Of a stretch of DNA of 64,000 nucleotides, positions 1 through 9,274 are shown in pieces. Position numbers and translations under genes: made by a program. A model generated the notes under the pieces. That model made no database searches. It was not told the origin of the DNA and saw nothing but the letters and a program-made list of their open reading frames with translations. The DNA is taken from IMG/VR virus record IMGVR_UViG_3300035208_005635, positions 1 through 64,000 of that record; one strand, written 5' to 3'. The stretch is from a virus. Taxonomy: Duplodnaviria; Heunggongvirae; Uroviricota; Caudoviricetes. Position 1 is the stretch's first letter. Every line of letters begins with the position of its first letter.

Positions 1-29
1 ATAATAGAGGAATCATAGATAAGTTTAAA

Positions 30-2966
30 ATGGAAACAGGCAACCACCAGAGTGGCTCTAACTTGATGTTGTCAAAAGATAATAAAAGATTAAAGCATCA
101 AATAGGTGATGGTGTGGGTTATCACATACAAACCCTTGAATGGGATACTAATTTTCCTATCGGTGAGTATGTCTTTGTAGCAGGTGTAATCAGTGCAACA
201 GAGATAAAACTTTGTCAGAATGGAGCATTTAAGACGAGTGCTAAAACTATTAATCAAGTAAATTTTACTTGTAATGTTACTGTCGGAAATACTCATCATA
301 GTAATGGTTTCTTAGACGGAAAAATTGATGAGGCAAGAATTTACCCTTTTGCTTTAACAGAGGCACAACTGACAACTATCTATAATAATCAATCAGCACC
401 TAATACTTTTTACTCTTCTGTTTATGAATATCTCGGTGATACTGGACTTTCTTCCAAATCTAGAGTGCAAACCAACGGAGTTACAAAAACCGTCTCTTCT
501 AAATTAAACATTAGAGTCACGACAACAAGAACGGTCTCTTCAAAGGCAAGAGTAAAGGTTACTCAGACTAAAACTATTTCTAGTAAGTTTGATATTAAAA
601 AAACCTTCGACCAAACAATTTCTTCTAAGACTAGAATTTTAGTCGGTGGAGTGACAAAGGCTATTTCATCGAAGACAGATATTAAACTATTAGGAGTTTC
701 AAGAACAGTGTCTTCTAAATGTCGCATCCAAACTACAGAAACAAAGACAGTCTCTTCCAAGGCAAATATTGTTCCGTATATCGCTCCTGAATTAACCTTC
801 AAAGAGCACTCTCTTAGATATGCTTTGTATACTCCCGCAGGTGTTTATATTAAAGACTTAGAAAATATTATTTCTGACTTCTCTGTCACAAAAAATCTCA
901 ATGGAGGTTTAAACTCTATAGAGATTACTATTAAAGCTCCGATAGACGATTATGATGAATACGATTCTGTTAAAAATCCAACAGGGTCAATTAGATACGG
1001 AAATAGAGTCAAAGTCTTATTGAACGATACTTATAATACAGATAAGGTAATTTTCTGGGGTTATCTAACGGATATTAATCCTAACTTTTCTAGCGGACAA
1101 GAAAGAGTTTCTTTAACATTCTATAGTGCTTTGTCTAAATTATCTAATGACTACCTCAGGACTTATTCTGACCCCATCGACTTTTACTATGTTGAAACTG
1201 CTAAATCTACTTCAACAATAATAAAAGATATTCTCGATAACTATATAGATAATATTAGTAACTCAATGATTAGTTATTCTTGGGGGACTTCTATTAGTGA
1301 TTGCGGGAATGTTGTTACTTATACCTTTGATAGACTGAAGCATTTAGACTCTTTAAAGAAAATTCAGGAATATTTACCAGCAACTTGGTATTGGTATATT
1401 GACGCTCTCGGTGTTGTTTATGTAAAAGATAGTTCTTCTACCACTCAACATAAATTAACTTTAGGTAAAGATATTATTGAATTGTCTGTGAAGAAATCTT
1501 CGGCTGAAATTGTTAATTACTTCTTCTTATGGAATGGTCGTTCTACTGCGGATGCTTCTTATGTCTACGAAGATTATGCTGATGCTGGTTCTCAGGCTGA
1601 GTATGACAAAATGGTTTTGTTTCAAGACGATACTGAAGTTTTAGCTTCGACTGTTGCTGATATTCGAGGAACGGCTTTAATCACAAATAAAAAAGACCCG
1701 CAGGAACAATGGACTTTAACTTTAACTGATGATTATAATCTAGCCTCTCTAGAACCCGGACATAGAGTTTCTATCAGAAATATTAAATCCGACACCCAAT
1801 CAACAGTGAGTGATGATTTGGTTATTCAAAAAATAACTTATAAAATAGATAGAGCAGTAATTCAGGTCGGTGCTGTCGGTCACGATTTGACTAAATATAC
1901 TGCGGAAGAAGAAAATGCCGTTCAGCAGTCTATACTTCAAGCCCAAAGAGCCACAGAGCTTATTCAAAGCGGAACTACACCTATTACTAAGGCAAACATC
2001 TGGTATAACGGAAATCAGTTTATAGAAGATGATGTAGTTTATTCTCCTGTTATTGCTGGTGTAAACGGATACTTTAAAGAATCTATTAGACTAGGAGACA
2101 ACGGAGTGGGGGCAGTAATTCGTTCTTATGGAAAAGCGGCGTTTAATAATGGCGTGGCGGGGTTCTGGTTAGAAAAAACTTCAGGCAATACAGTCAAATT
2201 TGAATTATATAAAGATGCTAATAATTTCTTGAAAGTTGACTTAGGGGTGGGAACTTTCGCCTTTAGCGGTATAATTACTATCGTGGGCGGTTCAACAGGC
2301 ATCGCTAATTTATCAGACGCAGGAACCTTGGCTTTACTAGATTCTATCGGTGCGGGAAATTGCGATACTACTATTATTTCAGGTGGTAAAATTATTACTG
2401 GCTTGCTAACAGCAGATAGAATTCAAACTGGAACTTTAACAGTCGACCCAGGTCTAAAAGCAGACGGCATCGTTGTTAATTCGGGCGGTGATGTAATATT
2501 CAACTGCACAAGCTATTCGTCTTTCTCTGAAATTATATTTAATAAAACAGGCGTAGCAAATAAAGGCTGGGAGATTTACTTTGTAGCGACAGGCGGAGGA
2601 GGCTATCAAGCGGGAGACTTAAATATTTTGCCGATGTCGAGCAACGATAGTGATACTGTTAGAATTGGTATGGCGGCGGTTCCTTGTGATTTAGTTGTCC
2701 ACGGAGATGTCTATGCTGATAATATTGGAGGTAGTGTTGACTTAACTAATGTAGCCACAGATATTTCTCCTGATTCAGCTTTTACTAGAAATGTGGGAAC
2801 TGCGACTAAGCCTTTCCTGACGATGCAGGCAACTACTTATTATTTCAACAGAAACGGATACACTCAAAAGTATATTCAGATGTCTTCAGATGGAAGCGTA
2901 ATCGAGTGCAATCATACTTTCTACACCGCTAAAATGAAACTTCCTGTGGGAACTAACCTTTACTAG
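30..2966 (+). CDS. tail fibre / receptor-binding-like structural protein with LamG-like N-terminal domain and internal 12-aa tandem repeats
   Basis: 978 aa. N-terminus contains a LamG/ConA-like motif (FLDGKIDEARIYPFALTEAQL). Eight tandem 12-aa repeats (TVSSKxxIxx). Large G/T/N-rich C-terminal region. SD-like gagg before the ATG. Confidence 0.5.
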   Translation: METGNHQSGSNLMLSKDNKRLKHQIGDGVGYHIQTLEWDTNFPIGEYVFVAGVISATEIKLCQNGAFKTSAKTINQVNFTCNVTVGNTHHSNGFLDGKIDEARIYPFALTEAQLTTIYNNQSAPNTFYSSVYEYLGDTGLSSKSRVQTNGVTKTVSSKLNIRVTTTRTVSSKARVKVTQTKTISSKFDIKKTFDQTISSKTRILVGGVTKAISSKTDIKLLGVSRTVSSKCRIQTTETKTVSSKANIVPYIAPELTFKEHSLRYALYTPAGVYIKDLENIISDFSVTKNLNGGLNSIEITIKAPIDDYDEYDSVKNPTGSIRYGNRVKVLLNDTYNTDKVIFWGYLTDINPNFSSGQERVSLTFYSALSKLSNDYLRTYSDPIDFYYVETAKSTSTIIKDILDNYIDNISNSMISYSWGTSISDCGNVVTYTFDRLKHLDSLKKIQEYLPATWYWYIDALGVVYVKDSSSTTQHKLTLGKDIIELSVKKSSAEIVNYFFLWNGRSTADASYVYEDYADAGSQAEYDKMVLFQDDTEVLASTVADIRGTALITNKKDPQEQWTLTLTDDYNLASLEPGHRVSIRNIKSDTQSTVSDDLVIQKITYKIDRAVIQVGAVGHDLTKYTAEEENAVQQSILQAQRATELIQSGTTPITKANIWYNGNQFIEDDVVYSPVIAGVNGYFKESIRLGDNGVGAVIRSYGKAAFNNGVAGFWLEKTSGNTVKFELYKDANNFLKVDLGVGTFAFSGIITIVGGSTGIANLSDAGTLALLDSIGAGNCDTTIISGGKIITGLLTADRIQTGTLTVDPGLKADGIVVNSGGDVIFNCTSYSSFSEIIFNKTGVANKGWEIYFVATGGGGYQAGDLNILPMSSNDSDTVRIGMAAVPCDLVVHGDVYADNIGGSVDLTNVATDISPDSAFTRNVGTATKPFLTMQATTYYFNRNGYTQKYIQMSSDGSVIECNHTFYTAKMKLPVGTNLY
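450..780 (+). repeat. eight tandem 36-nt coding repeats (12-aa TVSSKxxIxx units) inside the tail-fibre gene
   Basis: VTKTVSSKLNIRVTTTRTVSSKARVKVTQTKTISSKFDIKKTFDQTISSKTRILVGGVTKAISSKTDIKLLGVSRTVSSKCRIQTTETKTVSSKANIV. Confidence 0.7.
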
Positions 2967-2968
2967 AT

Positions 2969-3856
2969 ATGTCATATATGAATCATCACGTCGCAAAAGG
3001 CGTTCAAAATAGAAATAATGGAAATAGAATGACTTGGTGGAAAAGTAATTTCAATATGCCGACTTTAAATATAGGTGACGGGACTGTCTGGCTAGAAGCC
3101 TATGGTCCTGTCGCCTATGATAGCCCTGACACTTCGTTTGATTTAACTGGTTTTTTCCCTGGGTGGGAAATAGTAGTTTTCTGCTGTATCTGGCATTGGG
3201 ATGGACCTGTCTCTGGAACTGCTTATTTATACTCGAGATGGTGTAATCCTGCGGGTTCTACTATTTTCAATTGTGCAAACGGATTAGGGTATGCTCTAAA
3301 TGTAGCCTCTGAATACTGGTCTGAATATTGGTATGGATGTAATATAGGATGTGCGGGCTGGGAGGTAACTTCTTCAGGAAATTATAGCGTGAGAAGTTAT
3401 TCAACTGGTGCGGGGGCAATGTCGGAACAATCGACAACGATTGCTTTTAGTAACGTTCCTAGCACTACTCAATTAGCCGCGAGTAGGGCAGGATATATTT
3501 GGGTAGAAGGAAATGACCTATGTTTTGTAAATGCAAATCAATGGAAACATACTATTGTTGGAACAGATAACGGGTATGTCGATACAGAAAAATCTGGTTT
3601 TATGTGGATTGATAATAGTAATTGGTTGCATTGGATAGGTCTAGATGGTCATAATTATCAAGTCCCTTGGAAAATTCAAGAATTTGCCTCTACTTGGTCT
3701 AATAGCTCAAATGATGCTACTGCCCCAGGGGCATCTTATAAAGGCTGTATTTGGGTGGATTCTGAATACGGCTGGACTCATTTAGGTTATATAGGATATG
3801 ACGGCCATAAATATATTGTCGGCTCTGGCCACGACCCTTATATCGCCCCCTATTAA
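2969..3856 (+). CDS. hypothetical W/Y/G-rich protein, possibly tail-fibre associated
   Basis: 295 aa ORF immediately after the fibre gene. Aromatic- and glycine-rich, suggesting a carbohydrate-binding role. Confidence 0.35.
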   Translation: MSYMNHHVAKGVQNRNNGNRMTWWKSNFNMPTLNIGDGTVWLEAYGPVAYDSPDTSFDLTGFFPGWEIVVFCCIWHWDGPVSGTAYLYSRWCNPAGSTIFNCANGLGYALNVASEYWSEYWYGCNIGCAGWEVTSSGNYSVRSYSTGAGAMSEQSTTIAFSNVPSTTQLAASRAGYIWVEGNDLCFVNANQWKHTIVGTDNGYVDTEKSGFMWIDNSNWLHWIGLDGHNYQVPWKIQEFASTWSNSSNDATAPGASYKGCIWVDSEYGWTHLGYIGYDGHKYIVGSGHDPYIAPY

Positions 3857-4112
3857 TTTTATGGATATTTTTAAAGACATAATACCAGTAAGAATTGTTC
3901 CTCCCCCAGGGAGACTCTTTTCTGAATTCTCAGGAGGTGCTTGTTCTAGTTGCGGGGAAATGGGATATGCGGTTACGGGCAGAAAATCAGATGGAAAAAT
4001 AGTAGAGGTTGTAGAGATTAATCACAAAACAAAAAAGAGAAGGGTAGCCTTTATAGATAAAGATTTTGAAAAATTTAAAAAAGTTAATAAACTAAACATA
4101 GACAATTTATGA
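3798..4112 (+). CDS. hypothetical protein (5' end overlaps the previous gene; true start may be the internal ATG near 3861)
   Basis: 104 aa ORF. Overlaps 59 nt with the upstream gene. Confidence 0.3.
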   Translation: MTAINILSALATTLISPPINFMDIFKDIIPVRIVPPPGRLFSEFSGGACSSCGEMGYAVTGRKSDGKIVEVVEINHKTKKRRVAFIDKDFEKFKKVNKLNIDNL

Positions 4113-4375
4113 GTCAAGAGAAAACACCGTTAGAGCTGATAGAGGAACAGCTCGAAGAAAAAAATGCGACATTGGAAAGTCTGCAAAAAAATCTGATGAA
4201 TGCGAGAAATTTCATTCAACAGAACGAACCCAAAGCTTACGCCTTGAGCGGGGCGATTGAAGAGTTGAATCTTTTAAAGGGGAGCTTAACTCCCAAACCA
4301 CAAAAAAGGGAGGTAGTAAATGCTCCAGAGGAGCCAAAAAAGGAGGAGGAAAAGCCAATACCTCAAAGCACTTAA
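4109..4375 (+). CDS. hypothetical coiled-coil protein
   Basis: 88 aa, charged and helical (LELIEEQLEEKNATLESLQKNL). Start codon overlaps the upstream stop (ATGA). Confidence 0.4.
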   Translation: MSQEKTPLELIEEQLEEKNATLESLQKNLMNARNFIQQNEPKAYALSGAIEELNLLKGSLTPKPQKREVVNAPEEPKKEEEKPIPQST

Positions 4376-4423
4376 ATGTTGTCGGTCTATAAAGACCGCT
4401 AAAACAATCGTTCTTTGTAAAAC

Positions 4424-4612
4424 TTGTCCATTAAGAAAGGATTGCGAATGATTATTCTTTCAGATGGAAAAGAAGAGTTCAACTTCTACGGGGAAACGTC
4501 TACTCTTGACTCCTGTTTACAACGAGGATTCAGAGTATGCCTTTATCACCAAAATCACGAAATGATTAGGACTTTAGACGGCTTATTCATCGTGAGGACT
4601 CAACCAAGTTAG
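4424..4612 (+). CDS. hypothetical protein
   Basis: 62 aa ORF with no recognisable motif. Confidence 0.3.
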   Translation: MSIKKGLRMIILSDGKEEFNFYGETSTLDSCLQRGFRVCLYHQNHEMIRTLDGLFIVRTQPS

Positions 4613-4689
4613 GAGAGTGGTCCATATCTATAAAGAAGGAGATGGTCTAAACACCTCCTTCTTGTCTCTTATTCTTTAAAACTTAAACT

Positions 4690-4842
4690 ATGGCAGAAGA
4701 AGCTAAAAAGCCTACTAGACAAGAATGTATAATTTATAGTCGTGTTGTCGGATGGTATACTCCAACGAAAAATTGGAATAAAGGAAAGAAAGAAGAATTC
4801 AAGGATAGACTATCTTTCAACATAAACGAAAAAACTTTATGA
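4690..4842 (+). CDS. small stand-alone glycyl-radical-domain-like protein (NrdD C-terminus / GrcA-like)
   Basis: 50 aa, MAEEAKKPTRQECIIYSRVVGWYTPTKNWNKGKKEEFKDR. The RVVGW(Y) segment fits the glycyl-radical fingerprint RVxG[YFW]. The following NWNKGKxEEFxDR resembles the C-terminal tail of anaerobic ribonucleotide reductase NrdD. Stop overlaps the amidase start (ATGA). Confidence 0.4.
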   Translation: MAEEAKKPTRQECIIYSRVVGWYTPTKNWNKGKKEEFKDRLSFNINEKTL

Positions 4843-5531
4843 ATATTATTAATAAATTATTTTCTATTGAGGAATTTAGAAAGTATGTAGAAGACAAAAA
4901 ATTCGGCCTTTTTAGTCCAAATAAAATTGTCTTGCATCATACGGCTGTTCCTGACTTAACTACTTGGCGTGGTCAAGAATCTATTTTGACTTTAAAAAAG
5001 TGTTATGAGAATAAAGGCTGGACTTCTGGTCCTCATTTATTTGTCGCCCCTGAAGGCATCTGGGTGTTTACTGACATAGATAAGCTAGGCACTCACGCAG
5101 GTTCGGGTAATACTAGAAGCATAGGAATAGAGACCGTGGGTAATTATGATAATGTTTTACCTACAGGCGAGGTTTGGAAAAACGCTAAGTTCGCCATTAT
5201 GATTCTAATGGCTAAGTTAAAGCTGACCCCCGAGAAGAATTTGTATTTCCATAGAGAATTTAGCAATACACATTGTCCCGGATTAAAAATAACTAAGCCT
5301 TGGGTTCTTCAGGAATTATCAAAAGTGGCTGTCATTTCCGATAAGTCTGTGATTAAGCCCGATACAAGCAACTCTATTTATTATTATAAAAATAATATTG
5401 CTTACCCAATACCTGATTGGGAAACATTTATGTTCTTTTGGAAGCCAGAAGACATAATTAAAATAACAGAAGATAATTTATCTAATTTAAAAGAAGGCAA
5501 AACATTGCCTTCCGTAAAAACATCTCTATGA
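4839..5531 (+). CDS. N-acetylmuramoyl-L-alanine amidase endolysin (Amidase_2 / PGRP, T7-lysozyme family)
   Basis: Motifs IVLHHTAVP ... GPHLFV ... THAGSGNTRSIGIET ... FHREFSNTHCPG are typical of zinc amidase_2. Confidence 0.8.
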   Translation: MNIINKLFSIEEFRKYVEDKKFGLFSPNKIVLHHTAVPDLTTWRGQESILTLKKCYENKGWTSGPHLFVAPEGIWVFTDIDKLGTHAGSGNTRSIGIETVGNYDNVLPTGEVWKNAKFAIMILMAKLKLTPEKNLYFHREFSNTHCPGLKITKPWVLQELSKVAVISDKSVIKPDTSNSIYYYKNNIAYPIPDWETFMFFWKPEDIIKITEDNLSNLKEGKTLPSVKTSL

Positions 5532-5731
5532 AATTACTAACAGCTCAAAATCAAGAGACTATCAAAGTCGCTGGCTTGTCCGCCTTTGCGACTGCCTTAG
5601 TATCTTTCGCGATTAATAAATTAATTGAGATAGAACTAAACTTCTGGTATCTACTAATATTATTAGTTTTGGGTATTAGTGTATTTGTCTATATCGATGT
5701 CAGAGGAGGAAAGCCAGATGGCGATGCTTAA
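5528..5731 (+). CDS. holin-like small membrane protein
   Basis: 67 aa with two predicted TM helices and a charged C-terminus. Start overlaps the amidase stop. Confidence 0.45.
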   Translation: MKLLTAQNQETIKVAGLSAFATALVSFAINKLIEIELNFWYLLILLVLGISVFVYIDVRGGKPDGDA

Positions 5732-5837
5732 TAGAAGTATTTGTGTAATTAGATGAGGTGCAAATAATAATGCCTTGTCTACACGAATTGAATATTGTCC
5801 AACCCTTAGACGCGGAGAAATCTGCGTCTTTGGTTTT

Positions 5838-6065
5838 TTATAAGACTTTTATAAAATTAAAAGTGTCTTGTTTATCATCGTAATTCCACTTTTTTATATC
5901 TTCTTCAAAATAAGCATTTCTCACTATAGCAACCCTGAGCAAATTGCCTTTTTCTGTTCCTACCACGGATAATCTATATGCCTGTGCTTCTTCCAAGGTT
6001 TCAAATATTTCCTCGTTGCTCTCTGAACTGCTTACTACAAAAAATACTCTAGTTTTTTTATCCAT
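5838..6065 (-). CDS. hypothetical protein
   Basis: 75 aa ORF, first gene of the minus-strand block. Confidence 0.35.
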   Translation of the reverse strand: MDKKTRVFFVVSSSESNEEIFETLEEAQAYRLSVVGTEKGNLLRVAIVRNAYFEEDIKKWNYDDKQDTFNFIKVL

Positions 6066-6075
6066 ATATTTAAAA

Positions 6076-6558
6076 TTAATTATATTTTTCTAATAATAAT
6101 TTTTGTTTTATCAGATGATGGGCTGTTGTTCCGATGGCTACCGCATCAGCTTCGTCTTCCCCTCTTACTTTCCCTGGGAATTCTAGTTTGACTAACTTCT
6201 GATAGTCCTGTTTTTTAGAACGAATACTGACTCCATAATAAGCTCTAGTCTGCTGGGGAGCTATGTCGATAATTTTAGCCTCCATATCAAAAGCAAGGGA
6301 TAATACTATACCCCTCGCCATCCCTAATTTTAAGCCTACTTGAGGATTAGGCCCTATAAAGGGTGTTTCTACTGCAAAGTAGTCAACGATACCAAACTTT
6401 AGGCAGACCCTCTCTAAAGCCCGTTTAAAGGCTCTCAGACGAGTATAGAAGGTGTCTGAGACTTTAAAGTCTAGCTGTTCTGAGTATTTTAGCTTGCCCA
6501 TCTGAAAAAAAGCAATTCCTGCCTTAGTAGAACCTGGGTCAACAGAGATTAAATTCAT
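6076..6558 (-). CDS. ruvC: RuvC-family Holliday junction resolvase
   Basis: N-terminal ISVDPGSTKAGIAFF (RuvC DPG motif). C-terminal EDEADAVAIG acidic catalytic motif. 160 aa. Confidence 0.75.
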   Translation of the reverse strand: MNLISVDPGSTKAGIAFFQMGKLKYSEQLDFKVSDTFYTRLRAFKRALERVCLKFGIVDYFAVETPFIGPNPQVGLKLGMARGIVLSLAFDMEAKIIDIAPQQTRAYYGVSIRSKKQDYQKLVKLEFPGKVRGEDEADAVAIGTTAHHLIKQKLLLEKYN

Positions 6559-6562
6559 AATA

Positions 6563-6868
6563 TTAATTAAACATAGACTCGATTAAAGCCGTTCCTAATT
6601 CTCTGACATATTCTGATAATTCTTTTTTTGCTTTACTTTCTGGCAAAGCGTTTATTAGATTAGCTAGTAAAGTCTGGTTATGGATATCGAATTGACCGAA
6701 GAAGAAATTAATATTTTCTGAACAATCAGTTCCAACGGATTCGTTTCTTTTTAGCTTGCCGTCTTTGAGAAATTCATCGTCTTCATACTTCAATCTCCAG
6801 ACAATCCAACAAAGTCTTTTTAAAACTTCTAGTGTATCTTGACTATAAACTTTTTCTGTGTCGCTCAT
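6563..6868 (-). CDS. hypothetical protein
   Basis: 101 aa ORF, tightly packed with ruvC. Confidence 0.4.
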   Translation of the reverse strand: MSDTEKVYSQDTLEVLKRLCWIVWRLKYEDDEFLKDGKLKRNESVGTDCSENINFFFGQFDIHNQTLLANLINALPESKAKKELSEYVRELGTALIESMFN

Positions 6869-6959
6869 ATTTTTAAAAATAAAAAATTATATATTAAAAA
6901 CCCAATAGTTATTACTCCAAAAATTGCCCAGACTATGCTTATAAACTTTATACCATTCA

Positions 6960-7244
6960 TTATTTTTGGTAATAGGTCGTAATGCTAATATCACAAGAAG
7001 AGACAAATTTGTTATCGTTCCAACTTGCGGTATAGGCATAATAACGACCACCCTTTTTTACACAATCTTCCGCAAGAGTTTTTTCAGGAACAACCTTTTC
7101 TACTTCTTCTGTTTTGACTACTTCAATAATCTTTATGATTGCTTTTTGCTTTTCATAGTGAACAGTAGCCGAATAAATTAAGCTAATTACACTTAATAAG
7201 GCAACGGCTAAGAAAAAAATAAAATCTAATTTAGGTCTTTGCAT
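6960..7244 (-). CDS. hypothetical secreted or membrane-anchored protein
   Basis: N-terminal TM/signal segment (FIFFLAVALLSVISLIYSA). Two Cys in the C-terminal part. Confidence 0.4.
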   Translation of the reverse strand: MQRPKLDFIFFLAVALLSVISLIYSATVHYEKQKAIIKIIEVVKTEEVEKVVPEKTLAEDCVKKGGRYYAYTASWNDNKFVSSCDISITTYYQK

Positions 7245-7245
7245 A

Positions 7246-7710
7246 TTAATTTCCTGAGCCCAAAAGAAGTTTAGGGTTCTCTTGGAATTTTTTATATAAA
7301 GTATCTCCTTGATTATTGACGATTACATAAGGTAAGAATATTTCTACTAGCTCTGCCTGTTTCAGACGATACATTGTCATTTGAATATCAACCCAATCAT
7401 ACATATTTTTCCACGCTACTCGCATAATATGGTCGATATCATCACAGCGGTAAACTCTGTCTTTTTGTAGAACTTCCTGAAATTTTTTCCAATTAACTGG
7501 TAATTTAAAAGAAAGCATTTTTTCTTCTAGAGAAATTTGAAAACTAAGAGATTCTATTCTTCCTGTTCCTTGCTCATAATTCATTAAGACCGCTTGAGCT
7601 CCGTTAGCTACTAAAAGTTCTTGGATTTTAGCTATGCTTAGGTTTACGGGTTGTCTGCTTGTATAATTTCTTATGCTTTTCGCCATATGTTTTATTATAG
7701 AATACTCCAA
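7246..7710 (-). CDS. hypothetical protein
   Basis: 154 aa ORF. Confidence 0.4.
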   Translation of the reverse strand: MEYSIIKHMAKSIRNYTSRQPVNLSIAKIQELLVANGAQAVLMNYEQGTGRIESLSFQISLEEKMLSFKLPVNWKKFQEVLQKDRVYRCDDIDHIMRVAWKNMYDWVDIQMTMYRLKQAELVEIFLPYVIVNNQGDTLYKKFQENPKLLLGSGN

Positions 7711-7749
7711 TCGTCTGCTCCTTTAATTTTTAAGACTCTTGGATTTGTT

Positions 7750-8169
7750 TCATCTTTTAGAGTTCCTCTTCTGTTTTTTGCTAGTTGTTTCAATCTCTTT
7801 GAGACTTTCACTCTCACCCAAGTTGTTTGGTCTTTTTTTCGTTTGTCTTTGTATGTTTTTCCCATATTGATTATAGTCTTTAAGGGATAATTTTTTAATA
7901 GTAGTGCATTTTTTCTCTATCAGCCAACATTGAATTCTGTCTTTTCCGTGCCATCGGTCATATACTAAATTGTGTAATGTATGGTCTTTAGGTTCTAACC
8001 TAGAAAAGAAAGAATAGTTATCTATGCCTACAGGAACAGCATATCGTCCCGTGTAAATGGCATTTAAACTGTCTAAATATCTTCCTTTAGTCTTTCCGCA
8101 ATCACAGGACTTACTGTTAGCGTGAAGATTTATCATTGACCGACATTTCTTACACCAAAGTAATTTCAT
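7750..8169 (-). CDS. hypothetical Cys-rich (zinc-binding?) protein
   Basis: CKKCRSM ... CDCG cysteine pairs. Basic C-terminus. Confidence 0.35.
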   Translation of the reverse strand: MKLLWCKKCRSMINLHANSKSCDCGKTKGRYLDSLNAIYTGRYAVPVGIDNYSFFSRLEPKDHTLHNLVYDRWHGKDRIQCWLIEKKCTTIKKLSLKDYNQYGKNIQRQTKKRPNNLGESESLKEIETTSKKQKRNSKR

Positions 8170-8357
8170 AAGGCGTGCTTTTTACACAGATAAACTTTTA
8201 CCCAGCTGGGTTTATTTTCTCCCGAAAGATAGCCATATAATTCATTCTCTCCGTGATATTGATAGGATTTAACTCCTACTTGACATTGACATTTTTTTCC
8301 GTCTGAGTCTAATGCTTGACAGAATTTCGCTTGTCTCCTTTTTATTCCTTGACACAT
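8166..8357 (-). CDS. hypothetical Cys-rich small protein
   Basis: 63 aa with 6 Cys. Confidence 0.3.
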   Translation of the reverse strand: MCQGIKRRQAKFCQALDSDGKKCQCQVGVKSYQYHGENELYGYLSGENKPSWVKVYLCKKHAL

Positions 8358-8360
8358 ATT

Positions 8361-8645
8361 TTAGTCGTTAAAATCTATAGTAACTTTCCAGCTTGTAGAA
8401 CTAATTAAATCAGAGAATTTTTTAGGTAAAGTAAAACAAAATTGAGAAGCCCAGATACCGATGTAGACATCTATATCCTTTCTTCTAATTTTATACTTTT
8501 GAGCCTGTTTTACGAAGTTTAAGAATATTTTATCAGTGTCTTTGATACAACCATCGGGCTCACTCTCTTTTAAATCAATAAACATCTTGCAAGCTCCTCT
8601 ATGGGGTCTGAGGTCTCTTAAACAAATTATTATAGTTTCTCCCAT
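8361..8645 (-). CDS. hypothetical protein
   Basis: 94 aa ORF. Confidence 0.35.
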   Translation of the reverse strand: MGETIIICLRDLRPHRGACKMFIDLKESEPDGCIKDTDKIFLNFVKQAQKYKIRRKDIDVYIGIWASQFCFTLPKKFSDLISSTSWKVTIDFND

Positions 8646-8646
8646 A

Positions 8647-8880
8647 TTATTTTCCCTGTCTATAAGAAGATATAGACAAATCAGTTAAATTCACTTTTTT
8701 GTCGTTATTCAAATCAGTAATATAAAATACTGTTTGACTTTTTGAGTTGACCACTTTCTTTACTCTTATGTTCTTAGAAAAACTAAGAGGAAAGAAAATA
8801 AAAGAGAACACTACTAAACCCGCAATTATTACTGTAATTACGGATTTTTTTAACTTGCTTTTTTCTTTTTTCATACACAT
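8647..8880 (-). CDS. hypothetical small membrane protein
   Basis: 77 aa, basic N-terminus followed by a TM helix. Lies directly downstream of conserved promoter P1. Confidence 0.4.
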   Translation of the reverse strand: MCMKKEKSKLKKSVITVIIAGLVVFSFIFFPLSFSKNIRVKKVVNSKSQTVFYITDLNNDKKVNLTDLSISSYRQGK

Positions 8881-8913
8881 TTTTAATTAATTTATAAACC
8901 TAACTATACTTAT

Positions 8914-8990
8914 ATTATATACCCTTTTTGTATTTTTGTCAATAGCCTTCTAGCCTAATATTTGCGGGTTTTTCTTAGTCTGTGGATAAC
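8914..8990 (-). promoter_or_regulatory. conserved sigma70-type promoter P1
   Basis: In gene orientation: GTTATCCACAGAC, then a 28-nt insert, then TTGACA-N17-TATAAT. The -35 hexamer maps to 8937-8942, the -10 to 8914-8919 and the upstream box to 8978-8990. Confidence 0.6.
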
Positions 8991-8992
8991 TT

Positions 8993-9274
8993 TTACCACT
9001 TATACCGGCCAATAAATTTAAAAGGATTTTTAGCAATTTCTATTAAAATTTTAATATTTTCGTGGCAATCCCGACAGAGAGCTATTAAATTATTAGGGTT
9101 ATTGTCCCCTCCGTGAGAACGGTATTTTATATGATGAGGGTCTATAGCACGCTTGCCGCAGTATTCACATCTCCCGTGACAACGCTCCCACACTATTCTT
9201 CTAACTTCTTTAGGGATTGGTGTTCCTGGTTGCATTGTTCTTTTTATTTTCTGAAATCGGTTTAACGAAATCAT
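8993..9274 (-). CDS. HNH endonuclease
   Basis: CEYCGKRAIDPHHIKYRSHGGDNNPNNLIALCRDCHENI matches the HNH motif. The start probably lies at an internal Met (around 9238) because the full ORF overlaps the upstream gene. Confidence 0.7.
   Translation of the reverse strand: MISLNRFQKIKRTMQPGTPIPKEVRRIVWERCHGRCEYCGKRAIDPHHIKYRSHGGDNNPNNLIALCRDCHENIKILIEIAKNPFKFIGRYKW

Noticed and set aside
6966-7181. Plus-strand ORF antisense to 6960-7244
   Set aside because: It sits inside a minus-strand gene block, is antisense, and has no start context.
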